The notes under the pieces: generated by a model | Databases searched by the model: none | The model's input: the letters and a program-made list of their open reading frames with translations, nothing else | What the model was told of the DNA's origin: nothing | DNA from: an uncultured Phycisphaerales bacterium | Lineage (GTDB): Bacteria > Planctomycetota > Phycisphaerae > Tepidisphaerales > Tepidisphaeraceae | Reading direction: 5' to 3' | NCBI GenBank assembly: GCA_963758525.1 | Contig: CAVWVQ010000003.1 | Span: 608,001-672,000, forward strand | Length of the DNA: 64,000 nt | Made by a program: the position numbers and the translations under genes | Shown: piece by piece, positions 40,092 to 51,700 of the stretch | Numbering within the stretch: the stretch's first letter is position 1 | Layout: every line of letters begins with the position of its first letter

Positions 40092-40234
40092 GGGTGTGGC
40101 GCTCGAAAGTGGCGATCGGCTCCGAGTAGGGCGGGATTCATCCCGCCGATTTGTTGGCCGGCTGAGAAAACGGCGGGATGAATCCCGCCCTACGATCGCA
40201 AAATCTGCAATCGCCACAAATAAAAGTTACACCC
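40092..40234. mobile_element. 143-bp MITE (family A), copy 3
   Basis: Identical to copies 1 and 2; 8-bp target duplication CTCTGGGC. Confidence 0.93.
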
Positions 40235-40325
40235 CTCTGGGCGCGGTCGGTTTGATGCGGCGCTCCCATCGCGTACGTCTCCTTGCTTGGAAAGTGTGCT
40301 CCGTGCCCGCAGAATAGGAAACTCT

Positions 40326-43300
40326 ATGAACACCCGCCTGTCGAATGTGGCGCTGGCGATCCTCTTGATGGTCTCCTCCCGCGGTGCCCGGGCCGCCGAT
40401 AAACCTAAAGGCGAGCGGAACGACCAGATCTATCCTCCGGCCGCGGCGGCAAAGGAGTTTATTGATTTCGACGGCAGGGGCTTCATCATCGACGGACGTC
40501 GCACCTACATCTGCTCGGGTACGCTTCACTACCCGCGCGTCCCCCACGAGCTTTGGGCCGACCGCATGCTGCGGATGAAGCAGGCCAGCTTCAACTGCCT
40601 CGAGACTTACGCCTTCTGGAACCTCAGCGAGCCGCGCGAAAACGAGTGGAAATTCGTCGGCGACAGCGACATCGGCGCGTTCCTCGACACCGCCAGGAAG
40701 CAGGGGCTCTACGCCATCGTGCGTGTCGGACCATACGTGTGCGCTGAGTGGGACCTGGGCGGATGGCCGATCTGGCTGAAGTTCAAGCCGCCGGTGAACG
40801 TGCGCACAAACGACCCGGCGTACCTCGCCCTCAACGATCACTGGTACGAGAAGATCTTCTCAATCATCTCGCCACGGCAGATCAACCGGGGCGGCAATGT
40901 GATCATGGTGCAACTTGAGAACGAGCACCCGCTGGGCTGGGGCGTGATCAAGGACCAGCCCTACTTCGTTCACCTCAGCGACACCGCCGTAAAGCTGGGG
41001 CTCCAGGTTCCCTACTTTATGAGCGGGCTCAATCACGGCGGTTCACCTTCGCCCGCCAACATCAACCCCTCCACGCGCAACAATCCCTGGTTCACCACCG
41101 AATTCTGGTCCGGCTGGTTCGACGCCTATCGAACCCTGGCGGAGAAAAAGCTCCGCGCCATCGACAACGCCCAGTGGAACATCGTCGCTCACGGCGGCGG
41201 AGGCTACAACTTCTACATGATCCACGGCGGCACAAACTTCGAAACCTGGAACGACGACTCCGTCGGCGCCAGCTACGATTACGGCACGGGTATCGGCCAG
41301 GCCGGCGACCTGCGACTCATGTACTACCGGATGAAGCGCGTGAACCAACTGGCGCAGAGTTTCCCGGATATCCTCGCCAACAGCACTGACGCCCTCGGCG
41401 ATTTTAAAGACTTTGCCAGCGGCAAGAGCGTGCAGGTCATCGGCGCCCGCCGAAGCGACGCCGGCACGCTGATCTTCGTGCAAAACAGCACCCGCGACCC
41501 CGCGATCGCGACGCTTAAGGCCGGCGATCAACTCCAACTCGCGCGCTACGGCACTTACCCGCTGCCGCATGACGTCGTTGTTGCCGAGGGGCTGAAGATC
41601 GCCGATTCGACCCTTCCGGTTCTAGGCCTGGCGAAATTCGACACTGGCACCACGCTGATCGTCTACGGAGAGCCGGGCCAGACCGGACATCTCACGCTCG
41701 CCGCCGACAGCCCCATGAAGACGGGGCTGACGACCGCCGGCATTGAGGCTTCGCTCTCGAACTCGAAGGCGCCGACCCTGAAGATCACGATTCCCGCGTC
41801 GGGAGTGGAGGAGTGTAATTTGGCCGCAGGCGCCAGTGAACTCCGCGTCCTGGCCACGAGCAGGGATCTGTCGCTGTACACCTGGCTGATCGGAGCAGCC
41901 GGCAAACAGTACGTCATCGTCGGCCCCGCATTCGTCCAGGATGTTCAAGAGAAGGACGGCCAGGCCGCGGTAATGATCGAGCGGTACTATGGCCAGGCCG
42001 CTCCGGCGCAAGTGGCAGTGTACGGCGCTCCCGGCCGCAGTTGGCACTTGGGCGCCAAGGCCGATACGAGCCTCGACGATCAGCCGGCGCCCGCGCTCTC
42101 CGCATGGGAAAAGTCTGTGCTGCCGCTGGCGGACCCGGATTACAATGACTCCCAGTGGCTCCACTCCGAGCAGCCTCTGGAAATGGGAGCGGACGGAAAC
42201 ACCTCCGCATTCGGCTGGTATCGGACGATCGTGGACATGCCCGCCGCCGGGGGTGGCACACTTTCGTTCCGCGCCAAGGATGACGCGGAGCTTTTCGTGA
42301 ACGGCCATCCCATTCCTGTCGCCAACGGCAGCGCAAACGTCGACCTGACCGCGGGCAAGAACACCATCGCGTTCTTCGTCTCCCACCATGGACGCAATAA
42401 AGCCTACAGTTACCTTGGCTCATTGGTGGGTCGCGACGACAAGGGACTGGTCGGCGCGCCGGTGCTCACGGTCGCCGGCCAGAAGCGCGAACTAACCGGC
42501 TGGCGCCAGACCGGCGGACCCGGCGAAGACCCTTCGAGGATCCAGAATTGGAGCGCCGCCAACGGCGCCGCCTCCGCCTCCGGCGTCCCCACCTTTTACC
42601 GCACCCAATTCAGCGCCAAGCCGCCAGCGGAACTGGGCGCATACCCGATTTTGCGCGCGACCTTCGCCGGCCTCTCGCGCGGCACGATGTGGATGAACGG
42701 CCATAACCTCGGCCGCTATCCGGAAAAAATTCGCGTTGATTCCCTCTACATCCCCGAGTGCTGGCTCAGCCCCGGGGGCGACAACGTGCTGACGGTCTTC
42801 GACGAGCAGGGCGCTGATCCCTCCCAGGTCCAGCTCATCATCGAAAAAGTCGCCAGCCGTGAGATCGTGCGTGCCTCCGCGCCGGTGCCCGCGAACACGC
42901 CGCTGCAGGTTCCCCCGGAGAACCCAATCCGCGACCTGGCGGCAATGAACAAAGGCAACCTCGCCTTCGGCCGTCCTGCCGTCGCCTCGGCCTCTAACAA
43001 AGGGTCCTCGCCCGGCGCCGCCACCGACGGCGATACCGAAACCAACTGGTCCGCCCCGGCTAAAACCCGCGATGTGTGGCTCCAGGTCGATTTAGGCCAG
43101 CCCCATTCGGTAAAGGTCTGCGAAATCTTCTGGGACGGCCCGGCAAAGACCATGCACTACACGCTTGAAGGCTCGACCGACGGCTCGACCTGGGCGAAGC
43201 TCGGCGACAACACCACTGCCGTCCCAACCTCGCCCGACAGTCCCTCGGAACTCTCCCGGCTCAACCTTGCCGGTGAGCCGACCCGCTACCTGCGTCTCAC

Positions 43301-43355
43301 CCTTCCCGATACCGGCCGCGGCCTCGGCATCGCCGAGGTCCGCGCCTTCGATTAA
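40326..43355 (+). CDS. Beta-galactosidase (GH35) with C-terminal F5/8 type C (CBM32-like) domain
   Basis: HYPRVP, RVGPYVCAEW, VQLENE, EFWSGWF, NFYMIHGGTNF, SYDY; NLAFGRP..ATDGD..WLQVDLG. Confidence 0.93.
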   Translation: MNTRLSNVALAILLMVSSRGARAADKPKGERNDQIYPPAAAAKEFIDFDGRGFIIDGRRTYICSGTLHYPRVPHELWADRMLRMKQASFNCLETYAFWNLSEPRENEWKFVGDSDIGAFLDTARKQGLYAIVRVGPYVCAEWDLGGWPIWLKFKPPVNVRTNDPAYLALNDHWYEKIFSIISPRQINRGGNVIMVQLENEHPLGWGVIKDQPYFVHLSDTAVKLGLQVPYFMSGLNHGGSPSPANINPSTRNNPWFTTEFWSGWFDAYRTLAEKKLRAIDNAQWNIVAHGGGGYNFYMIHGGTNFETWNDDSVGASYDYGTGIGQAGDLRLMYYRMKRVNQLAQSFPDILANSTDALGDFKDFASGKSVQVIGARRSDAGTLIFVQNSTRDPAIATLKAGDQLQLARYGTYPLPHDVVVAEGLKIADSTLPVLGLAKFDTGTTLIVYGEPGQTGHLTLAADSPMKTGLTTAGIEASLSNSKAPTLKITIPASGVEECNLAAGASELRVLATSRDLSLYTWLIGAAGKQYVIVGPAFVQDVQEKDGQAAVMIERYYGQAAPAQVAVYGAPGRSWHLGAKADTSLDDQPAPALSAWEKSVLPLADPDYNDSQWLHSEQPLEMGADGNTSAFGWYRTIVDMPAAGGGTLSFRAKDDAELFVNGHPIPVANGSANVDLTAGKNTIAFFVSHHGRNKAYSYLGSLVGRDDKGLVGAPVLTVAGQKRELTGWRQTGGPGEDPSRIQNWSAANGAASASGVPTFYRTQFSAKPPAELGAYPILRATFAGLSRGTMWMNGHNLGRYPEKIRVDSLYIPECWLSPGGDNVLTVFDEQGADPSQVQLIIEKVASREIVRASAPVPANTPLQVPPENPIRDLAAMNKGNLAFGRPAVASASNKGSSPGAATDGDTETNWSAPAKTRDVWLQVDLGQPHSVKVCEIFWDGPAKTMHYTLEGSTDGSTWAKLGDNTTAVPTSPDSPSELSRLNLAGEPTRYLRLTLPDTGRGLGIAEVRAFD

Positions 43356-43370
43356 AGCAATCACAATGTC

Positions 43371-43503
43371 CGTGTGCGGACCATGCGTTGCTGAGTTCTC
43401 GTCGCGCATGCGCGGCGACAAGGAACGATCCGTTTTGCCGACCAAACCTCCTCCGACTCGGGCTTCACCCACACACAACTGGCGCTTGTACTCCTTCCTG
43501 GTC
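43371..43503 (-). pseudogene. Degenerate relic of a GH78 N-terminal coding segment
   Basis: VWVKPESEEVWSAKRIV vs VWVQPESKEAWSAKWIV; DNA aligns with ~31740-31869 with indels. Confidence 0.8.
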
Positions 43504-43615
43504 CTCGCGGCGTGCATTGAGCGTCAGAAAATATACTCGTAAAGCAAACATCATGTTTCAAATTGTTCCTCACGGGAGGTATCATTTGGGATTCAGACCT
43601 CTGGCGGAGTTCGCT

Positions 43616-44497
43616 ATGCATGTCCAGCGGTACAAATGTTCATCGAGAGCGCCCGGCGGCGGTTTCCGTCAGCGGGTCAGGGATGCATTCACCTTGGTGG
43701 AGTTGCTGGTGGTCATGGGGATCATTGCGATCTTGATTGCCGTGCTGCTGCCGGCCCTGCATGCTGCGCAGGCATCCGCTCGTGCCATCTCCTGTGCGAG
43801 CACGCTCAGACAGCTGGGCACGCTCGTGCAGATGTACGTCTCTGACTCCAAGGGCTATATGCCCTGCGGTTACAATCTGGTAGGAAATGCGTACAACAAC
43901 CCGGCATTATCCGGATGGACGAGCAGCTATCTGGGCATAGCGAACATCAGCGCAGCCGACGCCCAGACGAAAATTGGTCTCACCCCGCTGCTCAAATGCC
44001 CCGAGGCCATGGTGCAGTATTCCTCCTACGCTGCGGGACAGAGTCGGTCGTACGCATTTAACGGCCAGCTATGGTACGACTACGTTGACGAAGTCAGTTC
44101 ATATTCCAGTGCATCGCCCGCCGTCTGGGCGGCCGGCGGGACTCTGGTGAAATACAATCAGCCCTACTCGGTAACGCAATGCGCGCTCGCATTTTGCTCT
44201 GGGGAATGGGTGCCCAATACCGAGTACGCAACCTACGTATTTGCGAACGGAACCAGCCCGAGTTACTTGCCAATGTGTCCTCATGGAGGAAGGCACTTGA
44301 CAAACATCGGCTCCAGCTCGATTTGGAACGACGGGTCTGCCAACACTCTGTTTTTTGACGGGCACGTCGAGGCGCTCAAGCCTGACTTAACCGGTGTCAA
44401 CGGGAATGGCGCCATCCCATGTATTCGGCCCAACTCTCCGCAGCGGCTTAACTGGAACTTGTTCTGGAAGGGCATCAACAGCGCGACGTCCGGTTGA
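43616..44497 (+). CDS. DUF1559-like prepilin protein 2
   Basis: [39 protein letters not shown]. Confidence 0.9.
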   Translation: MHVQRYKCSSRAPGGGFRQRVRDAFTLVELLVVMGIIAILIAVLLPALHAAQASARAISCASTLRQLGTLVQMYVSDSKGYMPCGYNLVGNAYNNPALSGWTSSYLGIANISAADAQTKIGLTPLLKCPEAMVQYSSYAAGQSRSYAFNGQLWYDYVDEVSSYSSASPAVWAAGGTLVKYNQPYSVTQCALAFCSGEWVPNTEYATYVFANGTSPSYLPMCPHGGRHLTNIGSSSIWNDGSANTLFFDGHVEALKPDLTGVNGNGAIPCIRPNSPQRLNWNLFWKGINSATSG

Positions 44498-44602
44498 TTG
44501 TCCCCGGGTAGCAATGCTTAGACGGGCAAACGACCTAAACTTCCTTCTGCACCGAATCCGGCATCTGGGTGATTTTCCCGTTAGCTTGGTGGATCTTCTC
44601 CA

Positions 44603-46450
44603 TCATCGCGACGCCGGAGAGGTCAGGTGGAATGTTCGGTAGACGGTTTCAGAGGGCTTTACGCCGTGGTCCGAGTCGAAGAGGCCGACTTGGTACGCGC
44701 CAATGGTGACTTCGATCGGGGCACTGGCGCCGGCGGGAAACTCGGCGGGGACAAACGCGCCGTCCTTAATAATGCCCGGGCCTTTGAAGACGAAATAATC
44801 GACTGGCAGGCCTGCGGAGCTCTTGGCGGTTAGCGCAATCCTGGCGGCTGTCGCTGGCACATCGGAAATCGCTGGAAACTCTACAGTCTGAGGTTTGGCG
44901 GCTGGGTTTGCGTTAGATGGTGTCCATGCGATGTTGCACGTGCGGCCGGCCGCGGCGAATTCGTCCGTGCTTTCATGAAAAACACGAACGAAGGACATTG
45001 TAAAGCCGGCATCAGGATCGATGCGGTGGCGCACCATCCGCAGCGTCAGACGCGTTTCGGTGACGCCGCGATCATCCTTAAATTGTTCGCTGTTCACCAG
45101 AACCAGGTCTCCGCCGTGCGGGGCAAATTGCAGGGGAATGTCGGTGGTCGGCAATCTGGTCTTCCCGGGAAAAAGCACGTTGGCATAGACGGGCGGGGCC
45201 GCGGGGTCTTTACGGCGGTTCACCGTGTCGATGTCGGGGGGTTTAGCGAAGTGATAGGTCGTGAGTGTGAAAAGCCCCTCGCCGTGCAGCATCTTCTGCG
45301 GATCTGGATAAGTCGCCATGGATCCCTTGGCGAGGCTGAGGGGCTGGCCGCTTCCATCGAGGAACGTGAACAGCTCCATCTTCTTGCGCGGCTCCGCATA
45401 GCCGAGGTCGAAGGCGCGTTTGGCAAGGTTCTCATTAGGAAACCACAGGGCATGATCGCGGTGACCTTTGAATTGGAGATACGGCGCGGGCATCGGATAG
45501 TCCTTGGGCAGATCGCCCGTCGCCGGGATACGTCCATTGATCAGCCAGCCATCCTTCAGCGTGAGGTTCTTCATCGGCGCCTCGGGAGTCTCGGGCAAGC
45601 GCGCTGTTGCGATGGCATCGAGCCAGTCCGCGACGAACTGATAGTCGCGCGGCAGCATATCGAAGTGCCCGCTGGTCATGTCCCAGCAGTTCCCGAACAG
45701 CTCATTGCGTGGCTCGTACGTGGTGCCGGGATTGTCATCGTGATCGCGGCGATAGGGGCCAAGACCCGCGGCGCTGAACTCGTGCGGGTAGGCGCTCCAG
45801 CTCACCGTCTCCTGGCTGCCTGAACCCACGAACAGGATCGGCACATTGCGCAGAGCCATGTCGGGCGTGGCCGCCTTGGCCTTGCCGGCAACAAAGTTGC
45901 TGTACACATCAGGCATCCCCGCCTTGATCGGAATGGCCGCGAGACACTGCTCGGGTTTCCGCATGGCAGCGTCGAAGGGAAATTCACAGTACGCCGAATG
46001 CGCCAACGGCACGATTGGCGCGTTGACCAGCTCCGGGTGCGCGGAGAGATTAGCCAAGCCTTGCAGGTAATGGTCGTAGACAGCGGTCTTGGCCGGATCA
46101 GTGACGTCGTAGAAGCCGGCCATGATCGAGCCGATGTCCTTCGCCCAGGGCATGAGCAGGATTTGAGCGATGCCATCCTTGCGGCACACCGCGCGCACGG
46201 CCGGATTTTGCAGGATATTGATCGGCAGTCCGTTGTGATACCCGATCATCACCGCACGTATCTTTGGGGTATTCGGCGGAATCCAGAGGTAGGCCCCGAG
46301 GTTGATCCGCGCTTTCGCTTCCGGGCTCGGCAGAAAATATTGATAGATGGAATCGATCCCAGCATCTGTGGGGTTAGCGGCTGCAAGTCCATCGCTGCTT
46401 GAGATGTTCAAGAGCAGGACCAGCAAAGCGATTCTTTTGCTGATGCTCAC
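44603..46450 (-). CDS. Secreted hypothetical protein, possible alpha/beta hydrolase
   Basis: Signal peptide; AYLWIPP, HPELVNAPIVPLAHSA, GHFD; C-terminal SSAGLPVDY Ig-like segment. Confidence 0.65.
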   Translation of the reverse strand: MSISKRIALLVLLLNISSSDGLAAANPTDAGIDSIYQYFLPSPEAKARINLGAYLWIPPNTPKIRAVMIGYHNGLPINILQNPAVRAVCRKDGIAQILLMPWAKDIGSIMAGFYDVTDPAKTAVYDHYLQGLANLSAHPELVNAPIVPLAHSAYCEFPFDAAMRKPEQCLAAIPIKAGMPDVYSNFVAGKAKAATPDMALRNVPILFVGSGSQETVSWSAYPHEFSAAGLGPYRRDHDDNPGTTYEPRNELFGNCWDMTSGHFDMLPRDYQFVADWLDAIATARLPETPEAPMKNLTLKDGWLINGRIPATGDLPKDYPMPAPYLQFKGHRDHALWFPNENLAKRAFDLGYAEPRKKMELFTFLDGSGQPLSLAKGSMATYPDPQKMLHGEGLFTLTTYHFAKPPDIDTVNRRKDPAAPPVYANVLFPGKTRLPTTDIPLQFAPHGGDLVLVNSEQFKDDRGVTETRLTLRMVRHRIDPDAGFTMSFVRVFHESTDEFAAAGRTCNIAWTPSNANPAAKPQTVEFPAISDVPATAARIALTAKSSAGLPVDYFVFKGPGIIKDGAFVPAEFPAGASAPIEVTIGAYQVGLFDSDHGVKPSETVYRTFHLTSPASR

Positions 46451-46509
46451 GCGCTCTTCCAAACTTGGGTGTGATGGATCTGGGCTTTAGTCTTTCCGAA
46501 GCCAGGCGG

Positions 46510-47525
46510 TCAGTCGCCGGCGGTGGCAGTCCAATAGCCCCTGGGCTGATCCGTGTTGTTCCACTTGATTTGCAAATCGCCAACCCGACCCAGATTGCTG
46601 GTGACAGTGCCAACAATCCATGGCGAACCCGCGACACAGTACTTCGTGTCACCGAGTATTGTGCTGAGGTACACCGTATCGGCATGGCCGTCGGCGTAGG
46701 CGATCGAAACGGAGGAACTGCCGATGCCGTTGGCCACGTCCTGCGGATTTCCCGACGGATTGTGGCTCATGATTCCCATGCTGCGCGCACCGAAATAGCT
46801 GGGGTCGCCGCTGGCATTCACGCCGCCGAAATGAAACTGGCTGTAGTCGCCGATTGATGCTCCGCCAACAGTCTGCGATTGTGAAAACCCATCGAATATC
46901 ATGATCGTATCATACGCGACGTTGCTGATCTGCATCGTTCGCGGAATCACGTTTGACGATGCATCCACGCGTTCCACGTAATTCGTGCCACTCCAAAAAT
47001 CCCGGATGGGGCCGAACGGCATGATCAACGGCGTGTGTTGGGTATTGCCGATGACCAATCCGACTTGCGGGGGGCGCCGGCAAACGCCCCGTTCACTTTA
47101 TACGACAGCCGCGCCGAATACTTGACCCCGTTATAGGTGTAGATGCCTTCTGAAGCGTTCAAGGGAGATTCCAATTGGAATACGGTGCCGGGGCATTCGA
47201 ATACGCTGGCGCTGAAGCCGACGTAGGGGAGGAGCTGGCTAGTCCAGTGCTTATATCCCTGCCCGTCAAACCTTGGGAGATAACCCTTGTTGTCTGTTGT
47301 GTACATGACTGCCGCGGTAATGAGCTGCCGGACATTGGAAAGACAGGCGGTCCGCCTCGCGGCGATCCGGGCCTTGCTCAAAACCGGGAGGAGGATCGCA
47401 ACCAGCAGTGCGATGATGCCGATGACCACCAAAAGTTCTACCAGGGTAAATCCGCCCTTGCGGCAGCGCGACGATGATGCATCCACGGGTCGGCCGAACA
47501 AGTTGAAGGCAGGGAGACACGTCAT
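46510..47525 (-). CDS. DUF1559-like prepilin protein 3; apparent frameshift at the G6 run 47069-47074
   Basis: [10 protein letters not shown] and CLSNVRQ in one frame; [13 protein letters not shown] in the next. Confidence 0.85.
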
Positions 47526-47730
47526 TGATCAATTCCTCGTTGAAATGCGCCCTCCCGCTCTGCGCAACCACCTCCGACCTCTATTCTAGCATAGCATCAG
47601 AATAGAGTTCTAGATTAAATTGGGAAAATTTACACGAATTAACGCTTCGATGGCGCGGCCGCGCGACACTGGATATCGATTTCCCTCGTGGAAAAACCGG
47701 CATTTTCAAAGCGCATGTAAGTTAGAACTA

Positions 47731-48657
47731 TCATTCCCAACCCTTCCAAAAGGTCGCGTTGACCGCCGGCGAATAAGTTCCGGCTAGCATGCCCTGCGGC
47801 ATGACTTCCGCGTGCCCGTCAAAGAAGAGAATACACTCCGAACCATTCTGCACGTCGGCCGCCGTTTTGCCCGGCCACTTCCATCCCAGCGGAATGACCG
47901 CCGTCGCGCCGTGAAAACATCCGGCGGCATATTGATCCCCGAAAATCGCGTTAAAGTAATAGCCGCCGCTGAAGGTTGACATTGCCGGGGCGTCGAACAG
48001 CCAGGCCGACTGGCTCCCGCCGAACGGGATCTTGCTGAATCGCACTCCCTTTCCGTTGCCTCCCATGGAGACCGGCTTCCAGTCGGAAGTATAGGAGAGA
48101 TAGGTGCAGAAGCTTCCCGTAGTTGTGGCTGAATTAAGATAGTTGTCGTTGATCGCCAGGGCTGCCGGACACCAGGTAATCCCCAGCTTCCTGATTTGCG
48201 TCTCCGCCGAGCCGGCGTTGCCGTTGCTGTTGAGATTGATGTATTGCTCGAGCGGATCGTACGAGGAGACTTCCTCAAAGTTATATTTGAACGCCAGCAT
48301 GTTCGGACCCGGACATTGCCCCTTATGCTCATTGGCATACGCGATTGCCGCGACTCCGATCTGCCGCAGATTGCTCATGCACTTGATCCGCTGCGCGGAG
48401 TCGCGTGCTCGCGCGAGCGCCGGCAACAGAATCGCGACGAGAATCGCAATGATCCCGATGACGACCAATAGTTCGACAAGGGTAAAGCCGTTCGGCTTGC
48501 AGGTACGAAGGCGAGAAGGAAAGGCACGAAGGCACCCGCCGCGGCGGGTAAACTGCGGCATCCCGGCGCGCCGGGACCTTGCTGCGGCACGAAGAGGAGG
48601 AGAGCTGGGGCTCACTGCGGGGAGATCGTGCAGCTTGCAATCGCTCGCTTTCGGCAT
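47731..48657 (-). CDS. DUF1559-like prepilin protein 4 (start uncertain)
   Basis: [30 protein letters not shown]. Confidence 0.88.
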   Translation of the reverse strand: MPKASDCKLHDLPAVSPSSPPLRAAARSRRAGMPQFTRRGGCLRAFPSRLRTCKPNGFTLVELLVVIGIIAILVAILLPALARARDSAQRIKCMSNLRQIGVAAIAYANEHKGQCPGPNMLAFKYNFEEVSSYDPLEQYINLNSNGNAGSAETQIRKLGITWCPAALAINDNYLNSATTTGSFCTYLSYTSDWKPVSMGGNGKGVRFSKIPFGGSQSAWLFDAPAMSTFSGGYYFNAIFGDQYAAGCFHGATAVIPLGWKWPGKTAADVQNGSECILFFDGHAEVMPQGMLAGTYSPAVNATFWKGWE

Positions 48658-48761
48658 CTTAATCAGAACAATCGCTTCGCCGTCGCCAAACGGTGAGAGA
48701 ACAGACGACCTCGAACGCCAAGCGGATCGCGATGCCAAAGTACCCCGCTGTCGCTGGAATT

Positions 48762-51700
48762 CTACTGGGCCGTCACCTGCCGACGACGACGGCGACGGCC
48801 GCTTAGCATCGGCAACAACCCTCCGAGCACCAGCATCGAAGTGCCTGGTTCGGGGGTGGCATTATACACCACGTCGAGGCTGAACGACGTGCTACTGATT
48901 TCCTCCAACTCCAGCAGCGGAGCGCCGCCGGTGCCGTACGCGCCGCCCGAGAATTCACTGGTGGGCAAAGCCAAAATAAAGCCGGCCGACGATGCACCCG
49001 CTCCGGCGGTGGCCAGAACCGTGGAGTTGCCGGCGCCGGGGCACTGACATTGCCGGCAAGCGCCGAGAAGGAGGCGATCTGCCAGATGTTGTCTTGCGTC
49101 GGGTCAAGTGACCCCGTGGGAGCGGAGGCGGCAACCGTAAAAGGGCTGCCCGTGGTGCTGGTGAGGGTCAGCGTTGGCGTGGTGCCGAGGGTAAGGCTCA
49201 TGGTGTCCGAGACGCTCGCGTTCGCCACGCGGGCGGTATAGCCGCCTCCGCCGGCCCAGGTCTGGCCGCCGGTGGTGGCGGATTCTCCAGTCGACCCGCC
49301 GTCGTTGACAGCGATGGCCCCGCCGCTGTTGACGTTGACGGTCCCGGTTCCGAACGGGCTAGAACCGGTTCCACTGAGAGTGCCGCCGGTGACTGTGCTG
49401 CCGCCCGTATACGAATTCGCCGCTGTTAGTATCAGGGTTCCGTTTCCAGTCTTGGTCAGCGTGGAACCAACCGTCGACTCGCCCACGGCAGCCCCGATGG
49501 TCAGGCCGTTGGCGGCGTTGGCCACCGAGGCGTTCAGATTGCTTTTGAGCGTGATCGGCACGTTGATGGCGTTGGAGTTGCCGCTCGCGCTGCTGTCGGC
49601 GATGGTCACCGCGGCGCTGTTGCCCGTGTTATCGAGAATGATCGAGCTGAGACTATTGCCCGCGTCGTTGATGGTGTAATTGTGACCGGACACGGCGCTG
49701 GAGAACTGGATGCCTTGAATGTTCCGGGTGCTGTTGAGCGTGACCGTATTACTGCCACTGCCGCCGGTGCTGCCTCCGTCTGCAAACTGAGCGATTGCCC
49801 CGGAAGCCAGTGTGGAAGGAGACGACGTCGCACCTGGATCGAAGTAGGTCCAGTCCGCCGCACTCGCCGCATCCCAGGCGTTGCCGCTGGCAGCGTTATA
49901 GGTATTGGTCGCCTGATAACCGCCCACGGCAACGGTGTGGGCACCCACCGCAGCCAATCCGTCAGTGGTCGCGGATGAGGCAGTGGTGTTGATGCCCACC
50001 AGCATGGATGAGAGGCCATTGGCCAGGACCACGCGGCTGGTGCCGCCGGCGACGGCCGTGGAATTGCCGGTAACAAGATTGGTGAACGTGCCGCTCAACG
50101 CGGTGCTGCCAGTCACGATATTGTAAAGCTGGGTTGTATTGGCAGGCGGCGTATAGCTGTTGATGAGGCCGAGGCTCAGCCGGCCACCAAGGGCGGTTGC
50201 TCCGCTGACGGTGACGTTGTCGTAGTCGGCTGCGGTCACTGCAAAACCGCCGGCCGATGTCGTCCCACCGATGTTGATGGCCAGGGCCGCCTTGTTACTG
50301 GTGACTGAATACCCGCCCGTGATGGCGGTTCGGCCGGTGTACTGCGTGCCGGCGGTGTAGGTGCCCTGCGTGCTGGTGGGCTTGAAACCAGGCGCGAGAG
50401 TACCCCCCCCGTTGATGAGCGTGCCAGTCGTGGAAGTGGTCCCATCCGTGCCCGTCAGGTTGGCCGCAGTGTAGGTGGGGACGGTTAACGTGCCGCCGGT
50501 CCACTTGAATGTATTGCTCCCGCCCGTTCCGGGAGCACCGGCTGCCGATATAGCGCCACTTGAAAGCAGTAGCCCGGAAGAGAGGTTGATCGATGAGACG
50601 TAATCGTTATGTGTAGTGCCGATCGGAAATCCGTTGCCGCTGCCACTGGTGATGCCGTTCTGGAACGTCCCGCCGGCAATGTTTAGTATGTCGGTGGTCA
50701 CCGAAGTTTGGTCGGTCCCGCCCTTGCCAATGCCCGTATTTGTGCCGGCGCCCGTGATATCCAGGATGCCACCGTTCACGTTGATGGTGATGGTCGTCCC
50801 ACCTGTCTGCTGCTCGCCTGGATCAAAGCCAGACCCAAAGGCCAGGGTTCCGGCAGAAACGGTGGTCATCCCGCCAGCCGAGTCGTAGAAACGGCCGCCG
50901 CCGGTGAAGTTTACCGTCGCGCCGTTCACAGTGAGCAAGCCTGGCTGGTTGGTGCCGCCATTGGCAGGGCCGCTGGAGAAATTGTACGTCCCGCTCTGGA
51001 AAACCGTCGTCGCGGTCACGTTGTTGCCCATGAAGGTGTTGGCGATATTTAGTGTAGCCCCGGAACCGGTCAGCGTCAGCTTGCCGCCAGCGGCACTGTT
51101 GGTCAGGTTCGAAAGCGCCTGAGTGCCAGAGGCAAAATTCACCGTATTACCTGCTGCCAGCGTGTTGCTGTAGGTGATCGTCGGCGTGCCCGTGGCGCTC
51201 ACGTTGCCAAGAGTAAACGCAGTGTTGGTTGTCGCGCCAAAAGTCAAAGCCGCGGTTCCCGCCAGCGTGACCGTGCCAGTGGTGCTGCCGCCGTTGATCG
51301 TATTCGTGGAACCGGTGTTTAACACAACGTTTCCGGCCGTGCCGCTGTTGGTAAAAGTGCCGCTGTTGTTCACTGCAGCGGTGGTCCCGCCGTTGCTGAG
51401 GGTGGTGCCAGCGTTCACGGTTACCCCACTGGACGCTGCAATGGTACCCGTGCTGGCGACCACCAGCGTTCCTTGCTCGATTGTGGTGGGGCCTGTAAAC
51501 GTGTTTGTCCCCGCAAGCGTGAGCGTGCTGGCACCGAATTTCGTGAGCGCAACGCTTGTGGGTCCAACTGCATCGGTGATGGCCGCGTTGATGGTTCCAT
51601 TCGCTGCTGTATCAACGAACAGTTCTGAGTTGGCGGCGGCGGTGGTGATGCTGCCGTCGTTGGCGGACGAACCAAGAACCGCCGTAGCATTACCCAGGAT

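Noticed and set aside
19033..40234. Small ORFs over the 143-bp repeat (MAIADFAIVGRD.., MNPALLGADRH..) and the long 5' extension of the DUF3300 ORF
   Set aside because: They are translations of the MITE; DUF3300 has a better start with an RBS at 19325.
47069..47074. G6 tract in a prepilin gene as a phase-variation switch
   Set aside because: The run is short and indistinguishable from the other indel errors.
47579..47607. CTCTATTCT..AGAATAGAG hairpin as an operator or terminator
   Set aside because: Single occurrence with no U-tract; too little support.
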